Positions 9,204 through 19,485 of a stretch of 64,000 nt of DNA are shown here, piece after piece. The notes under the pieces are model-generated. The model had not been told where the DNA came from and ran no database searches. It saw only the letters and a program-made list of their open reading frames with translations. Origin of the DNA: Cyanobacteria bacterium auto_48_18. GTDB lineage: Bacteria; Cyanobacteriota; Vampirovibrionia; Obscuribacterales; Obscuribacteraceae. The translations under genes were made by a program, and so were the position numbers. The stretch lies in assembly GCA_036170915.1 (NCBI GenBank), contig JAVHQC010000025.1, forward strand, positions 84,155-148,154, in the 5' to 3' direction. The stretch's first letter is position 1. Each line of letters starts with the position of its first letter.

Positions 9204-12200
9204 TTATAAAACTGCTGCTTGCTTGCGTTCTATATTGAAATATTTGGCCTGTGGATGCACCACCACTATGGCCGAAGTGCTCTGTTCGGGCACAAGTTGG
9301 AATTCTTCAGATAAGCTGACTTCAATGCGTTCGGGCTTGAGCAGTGTAAATAACTGGCTCTGGTCTTCGAGATTCGGACAGGCCGGATAACCAAAGCTGT
9401 ATCGGGTTCCACGATATCCCTGCTGGAAAAATTTCTTCCGGTCAGCTTGATCGAACTGGCCGTAACCAAGTTCAGCGCGAATCTGTTTGTGCACAAGTTC
9501 TGCCAGTGCCTCAGCAGACTCTACGGACAAGCCATGAAAATAGAGATAATCGGAATAATGATTGCCTGCAAACAGCGCTGCTGCATGAGTACTGGCCACT
9601 TCACCCATGGTGACTATCTGAGCCGGTAGAACGTCATACTCTCCCCGGGCGCCATTGCTGAAGAAATCAGCAATGCAAAGTCTGCGACCAAATTGTTGTC
9701 TGGGAAAATCAAACCGCACCCATTCTTCTAATTCGCCAAGCTCAGTGCTTGGAATTGCTGGAATAGTTGTGTCGGAAAAATCTGTGGTTTCCTGATTGCC
9801 CTTATTCTTATAAACAATCAGTTGGTTGCCCTTGGACCGGCAAGGAAAATAACCATAAACGGCTTTTGGTTGCAACAAACTTTCAGCAATACACCGAGCT
9901 TTCATGTTTTCCAGCATCGGTGTAATTTTTTCAGCCAGCATTGCCTCATAGTCGGCATTGCTGCTCGATCCCTGCCTCACTCGGAACTGTCCGCGAATCA
10001 AGGCATTTTCATTGAGATATGAAAAAATTTCACCCAGGTCGAAATTATGTATGGCTTTCGAACCCCAAAACGGTGGAGTAGGGATAGTCAATTCCCCTTC
10101 ACCAGAGCGCAATACTTCAGAGCGCACGACAGCGACAGCTGGCCCTTGATCTTGACTTTGGTTTAGATCTTGGCTTAGCTCGTCGTCATCGTCCTTGCCG
10201 AATCTAATTTCTTCGATATCGTCGTCGTCATCAAGATCTTCACATTCAATAGCAGGCGCTTTGGGTAAAAGCGAGTGGTCACCCGAAGCAATAGCTTCCA
10301 TAATGTGCAGGTCGTCGAAAGCGTCTTGCCCATAATAAAGAGTGCCTTGATAAACTTTGCGGCAATCTTCTTCTACATATCGCCTTGTCAGCGCTGCTCC
10401 ACCTAAAATCACCGGCACAGAGATGCCACGCTGATTGAGAATAGACAAATTCTCTTTCATGATCACCGTAGACTTTACTAGAAGACCGCTCATGCCGATA
10501 CAATCGGCCTTATGCTGTTCAGCGGCTGAAATTATATTTTCAATTGGCTGTTTGATACCAAGATTAATAACACGGTAGCCATTGTTGGTCAAAATGATGT
10601 CTACCAGATTTTTGCCGATATCATGCACGTCACCTTTAACAGTAGCAAGAACCATGACACCACGGGTGGAGCCCTCAACTTTGTCCATGAAAGGCTCTAA
10701 ATAAGAAACGGCAGCCTTCATGGTCTCAGCAGACTGAAGCACGAATGGCAACTGCATTTTGCCCGAGCCAAATAATTCACCCACAACTTTCATGCCGTCA
10801 AGCAAAATACTATTGATAATTGCTAAAGGCTTATGTGTTTTCAGAGCTAGATCTAAATCTACGTTCAGAGCCACACGGTCGCCGTCGATGATTCGCTGCT
10901 TTAAAATGTCTTCGATACTGGCGTCAGATTTGCGCTCGGCTTTGACGCTTGAACCTTTTTTGTCTTTATAAAAATCAAGTAGGGCAAAAAGAGGATCGTA
11001 ATCTTTGGTGCGTTGATCAAAGATCAGTTTGTTGTGCATTTCCCTTTCGCTTTCGTCAATTTTATAAAGCGGGAGAATTTTCTGAGCGTTGACGATGGCC
11101 ATATCAAGGCCATACTCCACAGCGTGGTGAAGGAAAACCGAGTTGAGAATGCGACGGATGCGTGCGTCCATGCCAAAGCTAATATTGCTTACACCGAGAA
11201 TAGTGCGCACGCCAGGCAAGTTTTCTTTGATTAGTTTGATGCCCTGCAAAGTTTCAAGGCCAAGTTTTCGATCGTCTTCATTACCAGTAGACAAAGTAAA
11301 TGTTAGAGCATCAAATATCAAATCATAGGGGGCTAAACCAGCAGCCAGTGCCAGATCATAAATGCGTTTGGCGATTGACAGTTTTTTGTCGGCTGACTTA
11401 GCCATGCCGCCTTCGTCAATGGTAAGCGCTACCGCTGCGGCACCATAACGCTTAATCAAAGCAATTTTTTGCAGCATCTTCGCTTCGCCATCTTCGAGAT
11501 TGATGGAATTGACGATTGGTTTGCCCGCAATTAAGCCGAGCGATGCTTCAAGCACCGGATACTCAGTGCTGTCTACCATAATCGGGATCTGCAATTCGGT
11601 ATTTAAACGCTTGATGAAAAGGCTCATGTCGGCAACTTCATCGCGACCTACATACGCTGTGCAAACGTCGAGAATATGTGCGCCTTCTCGTTCTTGTTCG
11701 CGGGCCATGGCGACCATACCGTCTAAGTCGCCGGCTTGCAAAAGGTCTTTGAATTTTTTACTGCCGTTGGTATTGGTGCGTTCACCCACAATCAAGGGCG
11801 GTTGGTCAATATCAAAGGCAACTGATGTATAAATGCTGGCGGCGGAGGGCGTAAAAACAGGGTGACGCTCTTTAGGCGCTACCTCACCAACACGTTTTAC
11901 TACTTCGGCCAGATGAGCCGGTGTGGTGCCGCAGCAACCGCCAATAATATTCACACCCTGATTGAGAACAAAACTTTGCAGTGAGCTTGCCAGTTCCTCT
12001 CCGGTCAGTTTATAAACAGTCTGACCATCTACGTTTTCAGGCAAGCCGGCATTCGGTAAAACCGATACCATCCGCGGTGCGTTCTGGCAAAGATATTGCA
12101 CCGGATCTATCATTTCTCTCGGGCCGGTGGCGCAGTTGATACCAATCACATCAACCGGATAGGCCATCAAAGTGGTCAGCGCGGCGGAGATATCGGTACC

Positions 12201-12803
12201 CACAAGCATTGTGCCAAGCGGTGGTGCCTCGAGAGTGACTTGAGTGATGATCGGGACGCGCCTGCCAATTTCTCTAAAATAATCTTCCATGGCAATAATG
12301 GCGCACTTAGCTTGCAGCAAATCCTGACCGGTTTCAAATTGCAAAACATCAACGCCACCGTCAACCAGACCGCGAACTTGCTCATAATAGGAAGCGCGCA
12401 TCTGCTCAAAAGCAACATGGCCTAACGATGGAATTTTGGTTGTTGGACCAATGGAGCCGGAAACAAACCGGGGCTTATCTTTGCTGTAGGCTCTGGCCAC
12501 ATTTTTAGCCAGCTCTGCTGCTTTTTTGTTTAGTTCATAAGTGCGGTGAGCCAGGCCAAACTCGGCCAGAACAATTGGAGAGCCGCCAAATGTGCAGGTT
12601 TCAACCACATCGCAGCCAACTTTAAAGAATGATTCGTGGATTTCACCAATTACATCTGGCCGACTCGACACCAGAATTTCAGGGCAGTTCTCGCAACCTT
12701 CGTAATCATCTAAAGTCAGGTCATAGGTGTGAACCGACGTGCCCATTGCGCCGTCAAAAATCAGAACCTTTTGCTTTAATGCTTGAAGAAAATTCACTGG
12801 CAT
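9204..12803 (-). CDS. metH: Cobalamin-dependent methionine synthase
   Basis: DGAMGT, GGCCGTTP, GERTN (pterin domain), DVHDIGKN B12-binding motif, RYSFGYPACP activation domain. ATG at 12803. Confidence 0.97.
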   Translation of the reverse strand: MPVNFLQALKQKVLIFDGAMGTSVHTYDLTLDDYEGCENCPEILVSSRPDVIGEIHESFFKVGCDVVETCTFGGSPIVLAEFGLAHRTYELNKKAAELAKNVARAYSKDKPRFVSGSIGPTTKIPSLGHVAFEQMRASYYEQVRGLVDGGVDVLQFETGQDLLQAKCAIIAMEDYFREIGRRVPIITQVTLEAPPLGTMLVGTDISAALTTLMAYPVDVIGINCATGPREMIDPVQYLCQNAPRMVSVLPNAGLPENVDGQTVYKLTGEELASSLQSFVLNQGVNIIGGCCGTTPAHLAEVVKRVGEVAPKERHPVFTPSAASIYTSVAFDIDQPPLIVGERTNTNGSKKFKDLLQAGDLDGMVAMAREQEREGAHILDVCTAYVGRDEVADMSLFIKRLNTELQIPIMVDSTEYPVLEASLGLIAGKPIVNSINLEDGEAKMLQKIALIKRYGAAAVALTIDEGGMAKSADKKLSIAKRIYDLALAAGLAPYDLIFDALTFTLSTGNEDDRKLGLETLQGIKLIKENLPGVRTILGVSNISFGMDARIRRILNSVFLHHAVEYGLDMAIVNAQKILPLYKIDESEREMHNKLIFDQRTKDYDPLFALLDFYKDKKGSSVKAERKSDASIEDILKQRIIDGDRVALNVDLDLALKTHKPLAIINSILLDGMKVVGELFGSGKMQLPFVLQSAETMKAAVSYLEPFMDKVEGSTRGVMVLATVKGDVHDIGKNLVDIILTNNGYRVINLGIKQPIENIISAAEQHKADCIGMSGLLVKSTVIMKENLSILNQRGISVPVILGGAALTRRYVEEDCRKVYQGTLYYGQDAFDDLHIMEAIASGDHSLLPKAPAIECEDLDDDDDIEEIRFGKDDDDELSQDLNQSQDQGPAVAVVRSEVLRSGEGELTIPTPPFWGSKAIHNFDLGEIFSYLNENALIRGQFRVRQGSSSNADYEAMLAEKITPMLENMKARCIAESLLQPKAVYGYFPCRSKGNQLIVYKNKGNQETTDFSDTTIPAIPSTELGELEEWVRFDFPRQQFGRRLCIADFFSNGARGEYDVLPAQIVTMGEVASTHAAALFAGNHYSDYLYFHGLSVESAEALAELVHKQIRAELGYGQFDQADRKKFFQQGYRGTRYSFGYPACPNLEDQSQLFTLLKPERIEVSLSEEFQLVPEQSTSAIVVVHPQAKYFNIERKQAAVL

Positions 12804-12845
12804 CCTTTCGATATTATTCAAACAGAACTTTCCACGGGCCGGCAG

Positions 12846-13835
12846 TTAATGCGCGGGCATGAAGCCCATGGAACCCACAGTTTTCTGACCGTCTGTACTG
12901 AGGCAATAGTCAACAAACTTTTTCACTCTCGATTCGTTGGCCGCGTTGTAATACAAATATAGAGGCCGCGAAAGCGGATAATCATTACCGAAAAGGTCAC
13001 TACCTTGCGAGAGATTCGGTGAGGCGGCGGTCAATTTCAATTGCAAAACACTGATTGTATCTGCGGCCTTCTGAGCTTGAGCCATGCCCACAAAGCCTAT
13101 AGCCAGGCGATTTCCCATTATGGCGCCAATCAAAGATTCTGAAGAAGGCATTAGTTTGACCACAGAGCCAAATGGTTTTCCTTTAAGTACATGGGCTTGA
13201 AAATAGTCTGACGTTCCGCTTGATGCTTCGCGACCGAAAACACGAATAGGTTCCTTAGCCAGCGCCGGATCAAGCTGATTCCACAAGATAATTTCGCCTG
13301 AATATATTTTCTCCAGATCTACCAGGTCAATAGTTTTCAATTTATTCTGTGGGTTGACCACCACAGCAACAGCGTCACGAGCCACCATCAACCGCTTTAA
13401 GTGAATCTTCTGATTGTGAGCAAGCTTCTGTTCGGCATCGGTCAGCTCACGCGAAGCCGCAGCCAGATCAATTTTTCCCGACAAAAGATCCGAGACACCA
13501 GATCCGGTATCGCCAGGTTGAACACTGATTTGAATACCTTTGTTGCTGGCCATGTAATCGCGAGCCCACTTTTGGGTCAAATTCTCCATGGTGTCAGAGC
13601 CCTGCACCATAATCGCGGAATCGCCTTTTGACTGATTGGCCTCGCCGCTGCTTGAGGTAGAGCCGCCGTTGCAGGCACCCAGGGCAAAGATCGCCGAGCA
13701 GAAAAGGGCACCACCCACAATTAAACTAGTGGTAAATCTAGAGATAAATCTGGTGGTCAACTTGGTGGGCAATTTTATATTCGATTTTGTATTCGATCTG
13801 GTCGTCAATTTGGTGTTCAATTTAAATTTCGCCAT
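12846..13835 (-). CDS. pstS: Phosphate ABC transporter substrate-binding lipoprotein (PstS family)
   Basis: QGSDTM, GREASSGT, YPLSRPLYLY; lipobox LGAC. No pstCAB nearby. Confidence 0.85.
   Translation of the reverse strand: MAKFKLNTKLTTRSNTKSNIKLPTKLTTRFISRFTTSLIVGGALFCSAIFALGACNGGSTSSSGEANQSKGDSAIMVQGSDTMENLTQKWARDYMASNKGIQISVQPGDTGSGVSDLLSGKIDLAAASRELTDAEQKLAHNQKIHLKRLMVARDAVAVVVNPQNKLKTIDLVDLEKIYSGEIILWNQLDPALAKEPIRVFGREASSGTSDYFQAHVLKGKPFGSVVKLMPSSESLIGAIMGNRLAIGFVGMAQAQKAADTISVLQLKLTAASPNLSQGSDLFGNDYPLSRPLYLYYNAANESRVKKFVDYCLSTDGQKTVGSMGFMPAH
13723..13830. repeat. Degenerate 12-bp tandem repeat, nine units, in the pstS signal-peptide coding region
   Basis: Plus-strand units: aaactagtggta, aatctagagata, aatctggtggtc, aacttggtgggc, aattttatattc, gattttgtattc, gatctggtcgtc, aatttggtgttc, aatttaaatttc. 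Confidence 0.8.
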
Positions 13836-13970
13836 GGCTTCGTTTTCCTATCAGGCGCTTCACTCGAATAGTCGACTGAATCTACAGGACAGAGCCTTCT
13901 ATTTTCAGCCCTGGCGCCCTTTAAAACATCAATATTGGCGCAATGTTTACCTTTATATGTGATTGTTCTC

Positions 13971-15665
13971 TTATGAGCTTTTCAGAGCGGCACTGGAAGC
14001 AGCTTCGAGATCGCGCAAAAGGTCACGGGCTGAGGCATAGCGGTCACACAGCTCTTGGGCCGTGGCCCGAGCCACAATCTGATCAAGGACTGATGATACG
14101 TTCACGGTCGGGGCCGAAGCCAGAGGGTGTGAAACAGTGAGTGGTTCAGGGTCTTGCCCACTGAGTAGAAAATAAAGAGTGGCTCCCAGGGCATAGATAT
14201 CGCTCTGCGGGCCGGGCCGTCCGCGAAACTGTTCAGGCGGAATATAGGCATGCTTGCCCACAACAGTCGCACCACTGGCATTTTCGAGCTGTCTGGCGAC
14301 ATTAAAATCGACAACTTTCACGTCGCCCACGGCATCGAGCATGATGTTATCAGGGGTCAAATCTCGATGCACAATGGCAGGATAGAAATCGTGCAAATAA
14401 ATGAGCACGCTGCATAGTTGAGTCGCCACTCGGCAAACAAATTCTTCACTTTGCCGTCCTTCATTCTGTACCAGCTCTTTCAATGAGCGGCCTTCCACAA
14501 ATTCGAGCGCCAAATAGCCGCGATAATCTTCCACAAAGCAATCAAACAATTTCACCACGTGAGGATGCGCTAAGCGGCCAAGAATTTTAGCTTCGTGATG
14601 GAGCTTGTCGGTTAGCCTGGCCAACACCGAACTGCCTTGATAGACAGGCATAATATATTCTTTTAATACAACGAGATCGGACCTGTCACCACCTGCAGTA
14701 TCGATTTTTTCAGCAGTTATGCCCTCAAGTGGTTTATTACTGGCGAGATAGGCGTTACCCTGACCGCCACCACCAAGCACACCAAGAATGACATACTGGC
14801 CTTCTTTCAAGGTATTGCCATTAACCAATAGCGCATCATTCTGCCTTATGTTTGCCGTAGAAAACTGGTGCAGCCAGAGTTCTGTAAATTGAGGTGCCTG
14901 CGTCACTGAACTATTTTCGAGTTGACTGGCACCCGAGTGCGACTGATGTGAACTTAGAGAAGAAGAGCTGAGCGAAGAAAAGCTGGTCAAAGAACTTTGC
15001 GCTTGCGGTGCCCAAGTAGTGACGGCATTGAGAAAGGCAGCTTCTGAATTATCAACCAGCAAATCATCATATCGCAGGCTGTAGCTGGTTCCTAGAGCTG
15101 TTTTGATGACAACATACAAATCTTTCTCTGGAGTAAAACGCCTCAATCTCTTCAGTTCCACAGTATCTACGGTGCTCCATGGAATTGCCACTTCAGCAAA
15201 AAGTTCATCACTGAGCTGCATGCGCAACACCATCTGCGATGGCGTTATTTTTAAGCGTTTCGGTTTTTCCACCAACCACAAACCCAGTGTAAGCGTGACC
15301 AGAAGCCCAGTCAGAGTCAGTACCGCAGGCAGGCATGCGCCAAGCAGTATAGGACCCAGCCAGATTTGTGCCAGGCGCTCGGGAGAAGAACAAGTGTGAT
15401 ATGTGCAGTAAAAAACCAAGAGTGTCAAAAAGATCAAATTTGTTTTTAGAAAGGTCCCCACAAAAACTGAAGGCTGACCAAGTAAGCGATAAATGCGAAT
15501 AGCACCCAGTCGTAAGCAAAGTTCGGCGTCGGCTTCGCCGGCAAAGGCAGAGACATTTGCTTCACGAGAAGCTGAAACAAGCGAACCAAGCTCAGCAACC
15601 ATTCTTTTCTGCCGGGAAACCAGCTGAGGCTTTAGATATTCAGCCTCTTTCATGAAGCACCACAT
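13971..15665 (-). CDS. Membrane-anchored Ser/Thr protein kinase (N-terminal TMs, C-terminal Hanks-type kinase)
   Basis: LGGGGQGNAY, VVLKE, HRDLTPDN, DFN, YIPPEQ, SDIYALG. Start GTG 15665 or ATG 15653. Confidence 0.9.
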   Translation of the reverse strand: MWCFMKEAEYLKPQLVSRQKRMVAELGSLVSASREANVSAFAGEADAELCLRLGAIRIYRLLGQPSVFVGTFLKTNLIFLTLLVFYCTYHTCSSPERLAQIWLGPILLGACLPAVLTLTGLLVTLTLGLWLVEKPKRLKITPSQMVLRMQLSDELFAEVAIPWSTVDTVELKRLRRFTPEKDLYVVIKTALGTSYSLRYDDLLVDNSEAAFLNAVTTWAPQAQSSLTSFSSLSSSSLSSHQSHSGASQLENSSVTQAPQFTELWLHQFSTANIRQNDALLVNGNTLKEGQYVILGVLGGGGQGNAYLASNKPLEGITAEKIDTAGGDRSDLVVLKEYIMPVYQGSSVLARLTDKLHHEAKILGRLAHPHVVKLFDCFVEDYRGYLALEFVEGRSLKELVQNEGRQSEEFVCRVATQLCSVLIYLHDFYPAIVHRDLTPDNIMLDAVGDVKVVDFNVARQLENASGATVVGKHAYIPPEQFRGRPGPQSDIYALGATLYFLLSGQDPEPLTVSHPLASAPTVNVSSVLDQIVARATAQELCDRYASARDLLRDLEAASSAALKSS

Positions 15666-17206
15666 TCTTTTGCTCGCGCCAACAATTGCTCAAGGCTTCC
15701 TATGCGCATTTCTTGATCTTGTGCGGTGCAGTGGGCAATTAATTGATCGAGCGCAGTCGGAATCTCAGTTATTTCGCCAGGATGCAAAGTTGTTAGCGGT
15801 TCTGGATCGCAAGCAGTGAGGGCAAAAAATATGGTGGCACCAAGAGAATAAATATCTGATGAAAAGTTGGCTTTGCCTCGAAACTGTTCAGGTGCAATAT
15901 ACGACTGCTTGCCCACTAAGGTACCAGTGGCGGTGCCAACCAGCGCATTGGCAGCGCCAAAGTCTATTAGCGTCAATCGCCCATCACGAGCCAGTACTAG
16001 ATTGTCTGGCGTGACGTCGCGGTGAATGATGGGCGGGTTTTGACCATGCAAATACTTAAGAATATCAACTATCTCGGCCAGCCAGCGAAGGGCAACAGCC
16101 GCATCCTGTTTGCCATTTTCTTTAACGAAGCGGCGCAAATCTACCCCTTCGATATGCTCCAGCAAAATATAATTTCGCCCGTTGACCACAAAAAAATCAA
16201 TCACTTTAGCAATGCGAGGATGGTTAAGAGCACTAAGAAGACGTGACTCACGCTCAAACATGGCCAGAGCTTTTTGCTTTAAGGTATCATCTGAATTGAC
16301 AGGCAAAACTGCTTCTTTTAAAACAAAAAGCTGTTGTGAGTTCCCTTGAATTTCGCTTTGATTGTCACGACTGACAAGATATACCGCTGAGAGCCCGCCG
16401 AAAGATAGTTGACCTTGAATTTTTAATGACAGCCCACCTTCGCGCACAAGTACTTGACCAGGCTCAAGAGGCACGAAAATTGTAGAGCCAAAGCGGTTAT
16501 CCAGCTCTTCTTCCCACAACTGCGTGAACGACGCGTGCAAACTTTGGGCCGGCGCGTAGCTGCCAAAATTTAAATTGACCTCCATCAGAGATGGTTTAAA
16601 AATCACTTGTGGTGCAAAGGTCTGCATGGCAAGGATAAGGTCTTTGAGGTGGGCACTACTCAAACCCTTGAACACGAGTGCGACGCTGGCACCGTCATTA
16701 AAGCCTAGAATTATTTTGTCGGGATGCTTCTGCCTGATGGTCTTTTGCTCACGCAAATTCTGTGGCACACCAACAAAAATTGCTTGATCGACCTGGAAAT
16801 TTACTGACTCAAGCGACTGCCATGGCCTCTCCAAACAGAATTTAGCATCAAATAAAAATTGCCAGGGTAATCGAATTGACTTACTGCTGATGGCTAAACG
16901 AGTATCAGCGCAAACTTTTAAAGCCAGACACCCTGTCGTAATCAATGCGGCGTAAAAAAGTATGGGCAGGATGTAAATTAGACATTGCACCTGCATAAAA
17001 TTACGAAAAAATTCTGCCCCCATGCTGTAGACGGCAAAAATCGACCAGCAAAACCAAATTGGTGACAGGGCAATAAGCAATGCCAGGGCAGTAAAGCTGA
17101 CACGATAGCGCAGCAACTGCTGACTTTCACTTTGAGGCCCACTTTGTAGCCATTCGGTGTCGGCCGAAGAAGTTCGCTCGGACAATCTAAAACCAGAACC
17201 AGACAT
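15650..17206 (-). CDS. Membrane-anchored Ser/Thr protein kinase, paralog of the adjacent kinase
   Basis: GGLSAVY, VLKE, HRDVTPDN, DFG, YIAPEQ, SDIYSLG. ATG 17206 preferred because the TTG at 17251 lies in a terminator U-tract. Confidence 0.9.
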   Translation of the reverse strand: MSGSGFRLSERTSSADTEWLQSGPQSESQQLLRYRVSFTALALLIALSPIWFCWSIFAVYSMGAEFFRNFMQVQCLIYILPILFYAALITTGCLALKVCADTRLAISSKSIRLPWQFLFDAKFCLERPWQSLESVNFQVDQAIFVGVPQNLREQKTIRQKHPDKIILGFNDGASVALVFKGLSSAHLKDLILAMQTFAPQVIFKPSLMEVNLNFGSYAPAQSLHASFTQLWEEELDNRFGSTIFVPLEPGQVLVREGGLSLKIQGQLSFGGLSAVYLVSRDNQSEIQGNSQQLFVLKEAVLPVNSDDTLKQKALAMFERESRLLSALNHPRIAKVIDFFVVNGRNYILLEHIEGVDLRRFVKENGKQDAAVALRWLAEIVDILKYLHGQNPPIIHRDVTPDNLVLARDGRLTLIDFGAANALVGTATGTLVGKQSYIAPEQFRGKANFSSDIYSLGATIFFALTACDPEPLTTLHPGEITEIPTALDQLIAHCTAQDQEMRIGSLEQLLARAKECGAS

Positions 17207-17249
17207 ATTACGCTCAAAGAACTGCTTTAAGCTATTTGCCCATTCAAAC

Positions 17250-17280
17250 AAAAAACTCCTCCGCCAGCTGGGCGGAGGAG
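17250..17280 (-). terminator. Intrinsic terminator after the 69-aa gene
   Basis: Stem CTCCTCCGCC/GGCGGAGGAG with an A-run at 17250-17255 (U-tract on the minus strand). Confidence 0.8.
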
Positions 17281-17305
17281 CTTTACGTCACATCACATCG
17301 ATGAT

Positions 17306-17515
17306 CTATTCTTCGTCGAACTCTTCCATGTCGCCATACTCGCTGAATTCTTCTGCAGATTCACTGGTGGCCAGGAGAATTTCGGTAGTTAGTGTGGCAG
17401 CGCAATCTGGTGAAACGCCAACCGAAGTCAAGGTCTTTACCCAGTGCACTACTTCGTCCAACAAAGCAGTGTCCATCACTGTCTCTTTCTCTGTAGCTGT
17501 TGCTGTTTGCGACAT
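17306..17515 (-). CDS. Small acidic hypothetical protein (69 aa)
   Basis: ATG preceded by GAGG on the minus strand and followed by its own terminator; acidic C-terminus. Confidence 0.7.
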   Translation of the reverse strand: MSQTATATEKETVMDTALLDEVVHWVKTLTSVGVSPDCAATLTTEILLATSESAEEFSEYGDMEEFDEE

Positions 17516-17719
17516 TACTATTCCTCTAATTCCTTAATAAATCTGTTAAGTCTGATACCGAACCACTGTCAAAGCCGAGGCTCGTGACAAAAGCAATTCT
17601 GTAATGGCACATGCTACTCCACTAAACAGCGCTTGTGTACTGGCTTTTAATTTAATTCTGGCAAAATGCATGAACTTTTAAGCAATCTCGACCAACCGGC
17701 GCGGCAAAGCTCGACCGGC

Positions 17720-18706
17720 CTATTCACCGTCCAGCTGCCACTCCAGGGCGATTCGATCAGCACACTCCATTCCCTCTAAAGCGTCCTGAACTTCGTGACC
17801 GTCATGCTTTGCGCAACCTGCACCATCAGCCTGGCGCCGGTAAGCCTTAATCATGGCCTGGGTGCCCAAATCGCCGGCTCCCGCATCCATGGCCAGTACT
17901 TTTTCGAAAAGATCGAAAGCCAGACGAGTGCCGGGAAATTGCCCTTGAGCCGGCACGTTTTCAAAAACCAGGCGCAAATCTTTGAGCATATGCTTCATGG
18001 CAAAGGCGGGCTGCAAATCACCGGCCACAATACGCGGTCCAAGATTGCTCAAAGCCCAGGAGCCACCAGCGCCTTTCTCAAGTACATCCACAACCAACTT
18101 TTTGTCCAGTCCTAAATCTTCCACCATGCGCATAGCTTCGCAAACGCCCATAAGATTCAGGGCGCAAAGAGCTTGATTGGCCAATTTTATGGCCTGGCCT
18201 GATCCTGTAGGGCCACAGTACCGCACTGTTTTTCCCATCTGTTGCAAATAGGGCTCTACTTGATGGAAAATCGCCTCGTCGCCGCCCACCATAATAGTCA
18301 AGGTTCCTTCTCGGGCACCAACATCGCCACCGGTTACCGGTGCGTCGAGGAAAATCATTTGCGCTGCTGCCAGCTTGGCTTCGATGTCACGCGCTGCAGC
18401 CGGGCCAATGGTGCTGAAATCAACCACTATGGCCCCAGCCCCAGCTCGTTGCGACACCCCGGCCGGACCGGTGAGCACCGACTCCACATCAGCCACGTCG
18501 CCCAGGCAGCTGAAGACCAGGTCAGCTCCCGCAAGAGCATCAGACAATTTTTGACAAACGATGGCACCAGCCTGTTCCGCCACCTCTAAACCAGGACGGG
18601 TGGAGGAGCGGTTCCAAACTTTGACTTTGAGATTCTTGCGGGCTAGATTGGCGGCCATGGCCGATCCCATGATACCCATACCAAGGAAACAAACGTTTTT
18701 GGTCAT
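17720..18706 (-). CDS. NAD(P)-dependent beta-hydroxyacid dehydrogenase (3-hydroxyisobutyrate / tartronate semialdehyde reductase family)
   Basis: FLGMGIMGSAMA, LDAPVTGG, GTLTIMVGG, catalytic K in GQAIKLANQ, KDL. Confidence 0.9.
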   Translation of the reverse strand: MTKNVCFLGMGIMGSAMAANLARKNLKVKVWNRSSTRPGLEVAEQAGAIVCQKLSDALAGADLVFSCLGDVADVESVLTGPAGVSQRAGAGAIVVDFSTIGPAAARDIEAKLAAAQMIFLDAPVTGGDVGAREGTLTIMVGGDEAIFHQVEPYLQQMGKTVRYCGPTGSGQAIKLANQALCALNLMGVCEAMRMVEDLGLDKKLVVDVLEKGAGGSWALSNLGPRIVAGDLQPAFAMKHMLKDLRLVFENVPAQGQFPGTRLAFDLFEKVLAMDAGAGDLGTQAMIKAYRRQADGAGCAKHDGHEVQDALEGMECADRIALEWQLDGE

Positions 18707-18879
18707 ATCTGGAATATTTTCTGACGGCAAAGCAATCTCCTCAAATCCTCAAATAAACTGAAGATTGTACTTAAGATTAAGGCTATATGCTCGAAGTGCA
18801 ATTAATTGCCTGAGCCAGGCTTTTTAATCTTGTGCCCACGGGTATAAGCCTTTGGTAGAGTCAAAGGCGCGCTTAAATC

Positions 18880-19425
18880 ATGAGTGAAAACAAAGCGTTT
18901 GAGAAATTAAAAGGAACGCATTCTTGCCATGACTCAGGCTTAAAATGTGTTGATTGCAATGAGCAAATTTGTCCTAAATGTATGGTGCAATGCGCTGTAG
19001 GCAATCGTTGCAAAAAATGCACCACGCGCTTTACTTCACACGTTCTATTGGTCACACCCAAAGTGCTAGTCAAGCTGCTGGCTGTGAGCATGGCTCTTGG
19101 ATTCGCCTGGGGATACGCCCAACCGTACCTGTCCATTATGGGCTTTTACGGATATTTCATTCAATTTTTTGCCGCCTGGTTTTTAGGAAAACACATTTTG
19201 CATCGGGCAGCGTCATATAAACTTGGGCCTCGCATCACCGCTGTAGCCCTGGTGGGGCTGTTGCTTGGGCTTGCTCTAGGGCCGGTGCAGCAAGATTTTC
19301 TCACGGCCCTGACCATGTATGGCTTGCCGGTGGAAGACGGCGGCGATCAAACAGAACTGGGCCGGGTAATTGTGGCAGTGGCAGTATTTCTAGTCGGCGC
19401 CTTAATGCCGTTTTTGCGCAAATAG
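18880..19425 (+). CDS. B-box-type zinc-finger membrane protein
   Basis: CH...CVDC...ICPKCM...VGNRCKKC cysteine pattern followed by about four TM segments. Confidence 0.75.
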   Translation: MSENKAFEKLKGTHSCHDSGLKCVDCNEQICPKCMVQCAVGNRCKKCTTRFTSHVLLVTPKVLVKLLAVSMALGFAWGYAQPYLSIMGFYGYFIQFFAAWFLGKHILHRAASYKLGPRITAVALVGLLLGLALGPVQQDFLTALTMYGLPVEDGGDQTELGRVIVAVAVFLVGALMPFLRK

Positions 19426-19485
19426 CAGCCAAATCAGGTAATCTTAAATCCGCAATCCTATTCAATTTTCAGTGAAGCGCTTTTT

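Noticed and set aside
17567..17589. TGTCA...TGACA hairpin upstream of the 69-aa gene as a riboswitch or operator
   Set aside because: Short, imperfect and single-copy; no match to an RNA family I can recognise.
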